In this document: positions 38,501 through 46,973 of the stretch, one piece after another
Position numbering within the stretch: position 1 is the first letter of the stretch
How the letters are laid out: each line of letters begins with the position of its first letter
From: Bacteroidales bacterium
GTDB lineage: Bacteria > Bacteroidota > Bacteroidia > Bacteroidales > UBA12077
Assembly (NCBI GenBank): GCA_021108325.1
Contig: JAIORB010000027.1
Coordinates: 20,469-84,468, forward strand
Direction of reading: 5' to 3'
DNA length: 64,000 bases
Translations under genes and position numbers: made by a program
Notes under the pieces: generated by a model
What the model was told of the DNA's origin: nothing
Database searches by the model: none
The model's input: the letters and a program-made list of their open reading frames with translations, nothing else

Positions 38501-39012
38501 TTATTACTTATCTTTCCCGATATTTGAAGATTAAGGTTTGAGTTTATTACAGCATCCTGGTTATTGCCAATAGTTATTCCTCTGGCTATACTTCCTCTCT
38601 TATTTAACTGATTATCTGAAAAAAAACTATTTTGAGCATTAATTTGATTTGTTGTTGCTTTGGCTAATACTGGTCCAACAATAATAGTTTCTTTTTTCTT
38701 CCTTCGGTAAAATGATTCCGAAAAGTTAACAGGAAATACCCGAAATGTCACATGAATAACAGACTTGTTTTTCATTAAAAATTTTGATGGAACTAATAAA
38801 GCTTTTGTGTAATCTATGGTATAAGCAGAATCTGGAACAACTGACTTGTTTTTATCGAAAATAATTTCTGAGCCCGGAATAATACTTAAAGAATCTAATA
38901 AGATAGTATCTGTTGTACAATAAAAGGATTTAGTGCGAAAATTACTCAGTTCTTGTGTTTTCGCAGTAAAACTAATTAATAAAACAAATATTAAAATAAT
39001 TGCTTTTCGCAA
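35557..39012 (-). CDS. large uncharacterised outer-membrane beta-barrel-like protein
   Basis: 1151 aa with signal peptide [20 protein letters not shown], alternating-strand composition throughout and C-terminal LQLRAFF (aromatic terminal residue). I could not assign a family. Confidence 0.45.
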   Translation of the reverse strand: [1151 protein letters not shown]

Positions 39013-39026
39013 AATGTATAAATTAA

Positions 39027-39110
39027 AATTTAGTGCGTTTTAGTGTTTTTGTGCCTTGGTGGCAAGAAAAAAAATGCCACAAAAACACTAAAACACCAAA
39101 TTACACAAAA
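39027..39110. repeat. long perfect-arm hairpin repeat (tgccac / ctaaaacac family)
   Basis: 17-bp perfect inverted repeat gttttagtgtttttgtg (39037-39053) / cacaaaaacactaaaac (39078-39094), with inner tggca/tgcca pairing. The flank gccacaaaaacactaaaacaccaaattacacaaaa resembles 46549-46585. Confidence 0.65.
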
Positions 39111-39568
39111 TATATTAATATAAAATGTACATGTCAACTATTGGATATTGTGCCACGTGTCTATCAAAAAAACCAAATGGCACAAATATTAGGTTGACAG
39201 GTTAAGTACTGATTAGTTACAGAACGGAAAATATTTGGAAATGTTGAAAAATTTTAAATCAAAATTTTTAAAGAAAAAAAGGCCTTCTTTAAAGGAAGAC
39301 CTTTGGGTTTAAATTTTAGGATTAGGGTATCAAGAAATCCATATTGAGGCCTAAAAATATAAAAAATCTTTAAAAAACAAGAAAAAACATGATATTTATT
39401 AGCTTTTTTATGGGGGGAGTTCATTTTTATTTTTACATTTTCTTTTAATGTTAATGGTAATAAGTTGGTAATAAGGGAAATAAAAACAAAAAAGAATTTA
39501 TATTTAAAAATCTTATTAAAAACAATTTTTGACCATTAAATTTGTTGCTACCATTCAAATCATATTTT

Positions 39569-40810
39569 ATGGCCGTTTTATATTTATTTGGAATTAGAAT
39601 CTTCTACATTTTAGTAACTATTGTTTCTATATTTAATCCGAAAGCAAAATTGTGGATTAAAGGAAGAAAAAAGATTTTTAAAGAATTAAGTAAAAATATT
39701 CATTCTAATGATAAAATAGCATGGTTTCATTGTGCTTCGTTAGGCGAGTTTGAACAAGGCAGGCCTGTAATAGAATCTTTTAGACAAAAGTATCCCGATT
39801 ATAAAATTCTTCTGACATTTTATTCTCCTTCGGGTTATGAGATTCGAAAAAATTATGAAAAAGCAGATTTTATATTTTATCTGCCTTTAGATACTCCCCG
39901 AAATGCTAAGCGATTTTTAAATATTGTAAATCCCAAATTTGTTTTTTTTATAAAATATGAGTTCTGGCATTTCTTTTTACATGAGATTTGGGAAAGAAAG
40001 ATTCCTCTTTATTTGGTTTCAGGTATTTTTAGAAGAAATCAAAGATTTTTTAAAAAGTATGCTGTAAAGTCAAGAAAAATGCTGGCTTGGTTTACTCATT
40101 TTTTTGTACAAAATGAAGAATCTAAAAATCTACTTAATACAATACATATTAATAATGTAACTGTAACCGGTGATACAAGATTTGACAGAGTTTATGCAAT
40201 TACTCAACAATCTAAAGACTTGCCATTTATTGAAAGATTTGTCAAAAATAATTTGGTGATTGTTGCCGGAAGTACCTGGAAATCCGATGAAGATATTCTA
40301 ATCAAATATTTTAATGAAAGCAATACACGCTTTAAACTGATTATAGCACCACATGAAATTCATAAAGAAAACATAAATAGAATTATTAAATCTGTTTTGA
40401 AAGAGAAAGCTGTAATGAAATATTCTGAAGCTAACAAAGAGAGTGTTTCAAATGCCGATGTTTTAATTATTGACAGTATTGGCCTGTTATCATCAATATA
40501 CAAGTATGGCCACATTGCATATATTGGTGGTGGATTTGGTAAAGGAATACACAATATTCTTGAGGCTGCTACATTTGGCTTACCAATTATTTTTGGGACA
40601 AATTATAAAAAATTCCGGGAAGCAGTTGATCTTATAAAATCTGGAGGTGCATTTTCAATTGTTAATTATAACGAATTAGAGAATAGTTTAATTAACTTAT
40701 TAAAAGATCCAGATAAGTTAAGGGAGTGTGGTAAAATTTCTTCGAACTATGTTGAAAAAAACAGGGGAGCGACTGATACAATTTTAAGAATGGTTAAAAT
40801 TGACATATAA
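39569..40810 (+). CDS. waaA: 3-deoxy-D-manno-octulosonic acid (Kdo) transferase
   Basis: N-terminal anchor followed by WFHCASLGEFEQGRPVIE and a GT-B C-terminal half. ATG 39569 (MAVLYLFG) preferred. Confidence 0.8.
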   Translation: MAVLYLFGIRIFYILVTIVSIFNPKAKLWIKGRKKIFKELSKNIHSNDKIAWFHCASLGEFEQGRPVIESFRQKYPDYKILLTFYSPSGYEIRKNYEKADFIFYLPLDTPRNAKRFLNIVNPKFVFFIKYEFWHFFLHEIWERKIPLYLVSGIFRRNQRFFKKYAVKSRKMLAWFTHFFVQNEESKNLLNTIHINNVTVTGDTRFDRVYAITQQSKDLPFIERFVKNNLVIVAGSTWKSDEDILIKYFNESNTRFKLIIAPHEIHKENINRIIKSVLKEKAVMKYSEANKESVSNADVLIIDSIGLLSSIYKYGHIAYIGGGFGKGIHNILEAATFGLPIIFGTNYKKFREAVDLIKSGGAFSIVNYNELENSLINLLKDPDKLRECGKISSNYVEKNRGATDTILRMVKIDI

Positions 40811-41003
40811 ACGAACTTAAAAGTTTCGCTTTTTGCATGTAAGTTATTAACAATTGTTAGTTTTCGTTAAATTAAATTTGTGAAAACTTCGCTATTTAAA
40901 AGATAGAAGCAAATTGATGATTTTAACATCTGTTAATATGTTTATAAGGTATAATTTAACCTAAACTTAATATTTTCAATATATTTGATATCCCAACAAA
41001 GTC

Positions 41004-41011
41004 TACATTTG
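41004..41011 (+). promoter_or_regulatory. candidate -7 promoter box (TACATTTG)
   Basis: TAnnTTTG match about 57 nt upstream of ATG 41068. Confidence 0.35.
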
Positions 41012-41067
41012 TATTCTTGTTAATTTTTTAATTTAATTAATATAAACCCAAACCTTAAAACAATTCT

Positions 41068-43713
41068 ATGATGAAAATCTTTAAATCTAAAATTTTAATT
41101 TTGGCTTTGATGCTGGTATCTTTTGCATCATTTAGCCAATCGAACGTAAAAGGAGTCCTCGTTGATGCACAAAATGGCGAGGTGCTTATTGGCGCTTCAG
41201 TTGTTGTCGATGGTACAACCATTGGTACTGCAACTGCTTTGGATGGTAGTTTTAAAATAACTGTTCCATCCGGAGATCAAAAACTAATATTATCTTATGT
41301 GGGATATTTAGAAGTAGTTAAAGATCTTACAGTTACTTCTGGCGAAGAAATTGATTTAGGCAAAATTGCTCTGGATGCAGATGCCGTTAACATTAATGAA
41401 GTAAAAGTTGTAGCTTCTATTGCTATTGCAAGAGAAACTCCTGTTGCAATTTCAACCATTAAACCGGCACAGATTGCTGAAAAACTTGGAACGCAGGAAT
41501 ATCCCGAAATTTTAAAATCAACTCCTGGTGTTTATGTAACTAAGCAAGGTGGAGGCTTTGGTGATTCAAGAATTAATATTCGTGGTTTCGATCAAAGAAA
41601 TACAGCAACCATGATTAATGGTGTTCCTGTAAATGATATGGAAAACGGATGGGTATACTGGTCAAACTGGGCAGGATTAGCTGATGTTACACGTTCAATG
41701 CAGGTACAAAGAGGTCTTGGAGCTTCAAAAGTAGCGGTGCCTTCTTTAGGAGGAACCCTTAATATTCTAACTAAGACTACTGATGCTAAAAGGGGAGGAA
41801 GTGTTTTCTCATCTGTAGGAGCTGATGGTTATAATAAAATTGGTTTTACATTATCAACTGGTTTATCAGAAGACAATTGGGCTGCTACCATTTCCTTAGC
41901 AAAATCAGAAGGCGATGGTTTTGTTGATGGAACAGAGTTTGAGTCTTATTCTTATTTTGTAAATATTTCAAAAAGACTTAATGATAAACATACTTTAGCT
42001 TTCTCAATATTTGGTGCTCCTCAATGGCACGGACAAAGATCATCGGATCATTCTATAAAAACATTTGAAGAAGAAGGTATTAAATATAATTCTGATTGGG
42101 GTTATAAAAACGGAGAAGTATATTATTTAAGGAAAAACTTTTATCATAAGCCACAGGCTATATTAAACCATTTTTATACTGTGGATGAGTCTACCTTTAT
42201 TAGTACTGCAATATATGCATCTATTGGTACAGGAGGTGGTACAGGACCTTATGGTAATACGTCACCATTTTATAATAATTTAAGAGAAGGCCAGATTGAT
42301 TTTGATCAAATTGTTGATGACAACATAGCCGATGGTGGAGTGTTTGGTTCATCATCAATTATGAGGTCTTCAAATAACAATCATCAATGGTATGGTTTAT
42401 TGACTTCTTACAATAAAGATTTAGGAAACCTTGACATTATGATAGGTGTTGATGGACGTTATTATGTTGGAGAACACTATAGAGAAGTTACAGATTTGTT
42501 AGGAGGAGAATTCTATCTTGAAGATGGAGTTGATGTAAATAATTATAGCAAAGTTGTTGGAGTAGGCGATAAAATTGCTTATGCTAATGATGGCCATGTT
42601 GCTTGGGGCGGATTATTCGGCCAGGCTGAATATAAAGTTGATAAATTATCATCCTTTGTTGCTTTGTCTATTTCCGATAAGTCGTACAAAAGAGTAGATT
42701 ATATGAACTACCTTACAGATGATTTAATTAATGAGATTAATAGCAGTGCAGCTCTTGAACAACAATACAGAGACGATCTTGGAGATACAAAATTTATTGA
42801 GGCAATGAAAGGCCAGGAATCTGATTGGGTAAACTTCTTAGGCTATATGATTAAAGGTGGTGCAAACTATAACTTAACCGATAATCATAATGTTTTCTTT
42901 AATACCGGATATTTCGAGCGTCAACCTGATTTTGATGCAGTTTTTCTTAACTATATAAACCTTATAAACGATCAGGCTGAAAACGAAAGAGTATTTAGTT
43001 TTGAATTAGGATATGGTTATAGATCAAGTATCATTACTGCTAATGTGAATGGTTATTACACTAAATGGGGTGATAAAACATTTACAAAATCAATTTCTGA
43101 AACAGATCCAGCAACAGGAGATAGAGTATATTATATTGCTAATATTCTTGGTGTTGATGCAGCACATATGGGTGTTGAAATGGATTTCGTTGTTCAACCA
43201 ATTAAAAAACTTCAGGTAACCGGTTTTGTTTCTGTTGGTGACTGGAGATGGTTAGACGATATTAAAGATGTTGGTATATTTGATGAAGAACAGGTACAGG
43301 TTGGTACTATTGACTTATATGTTAAAGATATTCGTGTTGGTGATGCTGCTCAAACAACAATGGCTTTAGGTGTAGATTATGAATTATTAAAAGGCTTAAA
43401 ATTTGGTGCTGATTATAATTATTATGATAATCTATTCGCTGATTTTGATATTTTGGGTAGAGGAACAGAAGACCCGAGTGGCAAAAATCCTGATTCTTGG
43501 GAAATGCCGGCTTATAGCTTAATTGATTTGAACCTTCGTTATGATTTCGAAGTTTCAGATATGAAAGCAACTTTATACGGTAATGTAAACAACCTGTTTG
43601 ACACAGAATATATATCTGATGCAAATGATGGTGGAAACCATGAATGGAATACCGCAACAGTTTATTATGGTTGGGGTCGTGTTTGGTCAGTTGGTTTAAA
43701 AATTAGATTTTAA
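41068..43713 (+). CDS. TonB-dependent outer-membrane receptor with N-terminal carboxypeptidase-regulatory-like domain
   Basis: Signal peptide, then VKGVLVDAQNGEVLIGASVVVDGT (CarbopepD_reg-like). Plug region IRGFDQRNTATMINGVPVND, a long barrel, and C-terminal WSVGLKIRF. Confidence 0.8.
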   Translation: MMKIFKSKILILALMLVSFASFSQSNVKGVLVDAQNGEVLIGASVVVDGTTIGTATALDGSFKITVPSGDQKLILSYVGYLEVVKDLTVTSGEEIDLGKIALDADAVNINEVKVVASIAIARETPVAISTIKPAQIAEKLGTQEYPEILKSTPGVYVTKQGGGFGDSRINIRGFDQRNTATMINGVPVNDMENGWVYWSNWAGLADVTRSMQVQRGLGASKVAVPSLGGTLNILTKTTDAKRGGSVFSSVGADGYNKIGFTLSTGLSEDNWAATISLAKSEGDGFVDGTEFESYSYFVNISKRLNDKHTLAFSIFGAPQWHGQRSSDHSIKTFEEEGIKYNSDWGYKNGEVYYLRKNFYHKPQAILNHFYTVDESTFISTAIYASIGTGGGTGPYGNTSPFYNNLREGQIDFDQIVDDNIADGGVFGSSSIMRSSNNNHQWYGLLTSYNKDLGNLDIMIGVDGRYYVGEHYREVTDLLGGEFYLEDGVDVNNYSKVVGVGDKIAYANDGHVAWGGLFGQAEYKVDKLSSFVALSISDKSYKRVDYMNYLTDDLINEINSSAALEQQYRDDLGDTKFIEAMKGQESDWVNFLGYMIKGGANYNLTDNHNVFFNTGYFERQPDFDAVFLNYINLINDQAENERVFSFELGYGYRSSIITANVNGYYTKWGDKTFTKSISETDPATGDRVYYIANILGVDAAHMGVEMDFVVQPIKKLQVTGFVSVGDWRWLDDIKDVGIFDEEQVQVGTIDLYVKDIRVGDAAQTTMALGVDYELLKGLKFGADYNYYDNLFADFDILGRGTEDPSGKNPDSWEMPAYSLIDLNLRYDFEVSDMKATLYGNVNNLFDTEYISDANDGGNHEWNTATVYYGWGRVWSVGLKIRF

Positions 43714-43733
43714 TTAAGAAAACACAATAAATT

Positions 43734-45053
43734 ATGAAAAAAATATTATCACTATTTATTTTATCGGGTTTAATCGTATTTAGTGCGTGCGACCCTATGG
43801 AAGACATCTATAACGAAATAGATGCAGATAGAGAACCTGTAAATGCAGAAGTTTCTTACACATTTACTGCTGATGATTATGCTGCAGCCTCTGAATATGC
43901 AATAAAAGATGCTGTTACTGTTGAAGATACAGCAAATGCTGAAGATATTGAAGATATGGAAGCATTTAATATGTATTATACTGCAGAAACATATGTTCCT
44001 TATGTGCTTACGGATATGTATGATGTTTTAAATGATGGCTCAGTTGCCACAGTTACATATGATAATTACATTGGAGGATTAGACTATTTAGATAATTTCG
44101 GTAGTGCAGATGCATATGAATTAGTAACTGCAGATTATGATGCAATGGGAGAAGGTGAAGATGAACCAGGAGAGTGGGATAATTTTTCAAGCTCTTGTTC
44201 TCCGGAAGATTATTTACCTGATTGGTTATTAACTAAATATCCTTCTGCAGTAGCTGATGACATGGTTGCTATAACATATGCCTATTATAGTGGAGGAGTT
44301 GTTGACCTAACCGATTATTACAGTTTTGACGGAACTGAATGGGCTCCTGTTTCTGGGGTATACGTTCTTACAGACGATGATTATGATGAAATGGGTGCTC
44401 CTGGGGCCTATAGTAATTTTGCATATTATGAAGGTGATGGCCCAGAATATTATTTACCTGCATTCTTAGAGGATACGTACACATATGCACAAGCTGGAGA
44501 TATTAAGGTTATTGTATATAATTTCTACGAAGGTGGAGGTGTTACGAGTATATGTGCAAAAGAATATCATTTTGATGGCTCAGAATGGACAGAATATGAT
44601 GCTATAATTGAAACAACAAATCAGTTTATTCATAATGGAACAGGTTGGGTGTTTGATCCAACAGAAACAATAACTATGTCAAATAGTGATTTCCAAATTG
44701 TTGTTGATTATGTTGGAGCAAATATAAGTGTTGATTATGTTGATTCTTATGGAACTGCCGAATCTTATTATGGAGCAGGTGCATATTATGGTAACTTTGA
44801 CTTGAGAGCAGGTAAATGGGATGCTGAAGTATTTAATAGCTGGGAAGAGGCAATTGAAGACGCCCTAGGAACAGCATTGCTTCCTATATTATATCCAAGT
44901 GCAACATTACAAGTTAATGGTGTAGATATGTATTATAGAGTAATATTTGCGACGTACAGTGGTGCTGCAGCTGATTATGCAATGAAGTTTCAGGTTACAA
45001 AAGCTGGTCCGGATCCGGAATTTACATTAGATGAAGGTCCAATTTTACAGTAA
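43734..45053 (+). CDS. acidic surface lipoprotein with internal repeats (receptor-associated, not SusD-like by eye)
   Basis: Lipobox LIVFSAC. At least three repeats of about 65-75 aa with the pattern LTxDDYDxMG ... NF ... PE(D/Y)YLP ... Y..Y.GG. Sits 20 nt downstream of the TonB receptor. Confidence 0.55.
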   Translation: MKKILSLFILSGLIVFSACDPMEDIYNEIDADREPVNAEVSYTFTADDYAAASEYAIKDAVTVEDTANAEDIEDMEAFNMYYTAETYVPYVLTDMYDVLNDGSVATVTYDNYIGGLDYLDNFGSADAYELVTADYDAMGEGEDEPGEWDNFSSSCSPEDYLPDWLLTKYPSAVADDMVAITYAYYSGGVVDLTDYYSFDGTEWAPVSGVYVLTDDDYDEMGAPGAYSNFAYYEGDGPEYYLPAFLEDTYTYAQAGDIKVIVYNFYEGGGVTSICAKEYHFDGSEWTEYDAIIETTNQFIHNGTGWVFDPTETITMSNSDFQIVVDYVGANISVDYVDSYGTAESYYGAGAYYGNFDLRAGKWDAEVFNSWEEAIEDALGTALLPILYPSATLQVNGVDMYYRVIFATYSGAAADYAMKFQVTKAGPDPEFTLDEGPILQ

Positions 45054-45073
45054 TTTATTTTTATTATATTTAG

Positions 45074-45098
45074 AAAGGGGCAATTTGCCCCTTTTTTT
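45074..45098 (+). terminator. rho-independent terminator
   Basis: aaaggggc-aattt-gcccc followed by ttttttt, 20 nt after the stop at 45053. Confidence 0.8.
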
Positions 45099-45110
45099 AA
45101 CTTTAAGTAC

Positions 45111-45150
45111 AACGGACATTTCTACCTGTCGGCAGACAGGCTTGTCCGTT
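45111..45150. repeat. nested palindromic repeat (aacggaca ... cctgtcggcagacagg ... tgtccgtt)
   Basis: Outer 8-bp inverted repeat at 45111-45118 / 45143-45150. The inner hairpin 45125-45140 is the exact reverse complement of 20953-20968. Confidence 0.7.
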
Positions 45151-45189
45151 GATTTAGGGTGTATTGTATAATGATTATAAGATAAAGCT

Positions 45190-46413
45190 ATGAAAACAAA
45201 AATATTTGTATTACTGGGTTTGTTAATTATTTCTTTTGCATGTAAAAACGCCGATAATAATAACATAAATTCAGAGCAACCATACGTAGTTATGCTATCA
45301 GTGGATGGTTTCCGATGGGATTATCCTGAAAAAGCAAATACTCCTAATTTGGATTATATTGAAGAAATTGGTGTTCGGGCCGAGGCAAGTATTCCTTGTT
45401 TTCCAACCAAGACTTTTCCAAATCATTATTCAATGGCTACAGGTTTATATCCTGACAATCATGGGATAATTTTGAATAGTTTCTATGCTCCTGATATTGA
45501 TAAATATTATTCAATAGGAAACAATGAGGCTGTAACCGATTCTGAATTCTATTTTGGAGAACCTGTTTGGGTAACAGCAGAAAAACAGGGAATTAAAAGT
45601 GCATCCTATTTTTGGGTTGGATCCGAGGCGCCACATGATAGTATTTTTCCTACTTATCATTATGCTTATAATGGTTTAGTCCCTTTCGAAGAAAGAATTG
45701 ACGGAGTTATTGAATGGCTTAAATTACCTGAAAGTGAAAGACCTCATTTAATTTTATGGTATATCCAGGAGCCTGACAGTAAAGGCCATGATGTTGGGCC
45801 AGACCATCCGGAAATTGTTATAATGCTTGAGTATTTAGATAGCTTAGTCGGTGTGTTTAATAGGAAAGTAGCAGAATTGCCTATTGCCGATAAAATTAAT
45901 GTAATTATTACTTCAGATCATGGAATGGGAGAAATAAGTAAAGATAGGGTTGTTTATTTGTACGATTTAATTCATAAAGATTGGTGTGAACATATCGACG
46001 GAGGGAATCCTGCATACACAATTGATGTAAAAGAAGAATATTACGATACTATATATAATATATTGTCGACAACAGAAAATATTACTGTTTGGAAAAAGAA
46101 CGATGTTCCTGAAAGATTGCACTATGGTTCGAGTGAACGCGTAAAAGATTTTGTTGTGGTAGCTGATAGTAGTTGGAGTTTATTGAAATCATCCAAAAGG
46201 AAAAGTTATTCGGGAGGCACACATGGTTATGATAATATGAATAAGGATATGCATGCTATTTTTTATGCTTACGGGCAGGCATTTAAAGAAGGACATAAAC
46301 ATCATGCAATAAATAACATCGACCTATATCCTCTAATTTGTGAAATCCTTGAACTTGAACCGGCAAAAGTTGATGGCAAACTGGAAAATACCTCTGAAAT
46401 GTTAAAAGAGTAA
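45190..46413 (+). CDS. ectonucleotide pyrophosphatase/phosphodiesterase (NPP, alkaline-phosphatase superfamily)
   Basis: VVMLSVDGFRWDY, nucleophile-Thr motif FPTKTFPNHYSMATGLYPDNHGI, and TSDHGM and GTHGYDN metal-ligand motifs. Signal/lipoprotein N-terminus (IISFAC). Confidence 0.85.
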   Translation: MKTKIFVLLGLLIISFACKNADNNNINSEQPYVVMLSVDGFRWDYPEKANTPNLDYIEEIGVRAEASIPCFPTKTFPNHYSMATGLYPDNHGIILNSFYAPDIDKYYSIGNNEAVTDSEFYFGEPVWVTAEKQGIKSASYFWVGSEAPHDSIFPTYHYAYNGLVPFEERIDGVIEWLKLPESERPHLILWYIQEPDSKGHDVGPDHPEIVIMLEYLDSLVGVFNRKVAELPIADKINVIITSDHGMGEISKDRVVYLYDLIHKDWCEHIDGGNPAYTIDVKEEYYDTIYNILSTTENITVWKKNDVPERLHYGSSERVKDFVVVADSSWSLLKSSKRKSYSGGTHGYDNMNKDMHAIFYAYGQAFKEGHKHHAINNIDLYPLICEILELEPAKVDGKLENTSEMLKE

Positions 46414-46490
46414 TTTTTCTGATTTTTCATTCAAATTATTATAAAAATTAACTGTTTCGTTCTAGTTTAGAAAAAAGCGGCATAAATATT

Positions 46491-46572
46491 TTTGTGTTTC
46501 TTAGAGTCTTGGTTCCGAAAGTTTTCGGGATAGTGGCTGAAAATTATTGCCACCAAGATACTAAAACACAAA
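46491..46572. repeat. composite long hairpin repeat upstream of nrdJ
   Basis: Arms tttgtgtttcttagagtcttggt (46491-46513) and accaagatactaaaacacaaa (46552-46572). They enclose tccgaaagttttcggga (46514-46530) and gtggc..gccac. Confidence 0.6.
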
Positions 46573-46973
46573 GATTCACTAAAATTAAACCAGAATCGCT
46601 ATTATTTATAACAACCAGCAAATTAGCGACTTAACAGCTACAGGATAGTGGTTAATATCTATGTTAATAAATTTTATTTTATCCAAAACCCTTCTAAAAT
46701 TGATGTTCTTGATGTTATTAACAATCCTTGTGAAGATTAAAATTAAACATAATTTTTAATTCTGAATTTTTTTCCTTATGGTGCTATAATCCTTTAATAA
46801 CAAGGCTTACAGTGATTTATACAAATCGTTAATAACTATTAAGAAATGTTGAAAAGTACGAATACAAACTCCTTGCCCAAACTTATAAGTATGCTTAATT
46901 TAGCATTACCTTTTCTGAAAGTGTTACAAAAACATAATCGATTAATCATAAACTTATTATAAATCTGCTTTAA

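Noticed and set aside
46414-46973. Cobalamin riboswitch upstream of B12-dependent nrdJ (and upstream of the TonB receptor at 40811-41067)
   Set aside because: I found no B12-box-like GCCACTG or conserved GC-rich core. The structured parts are copies of the dispersed palindromic repeats. An Infernal scan would be the decisive test.
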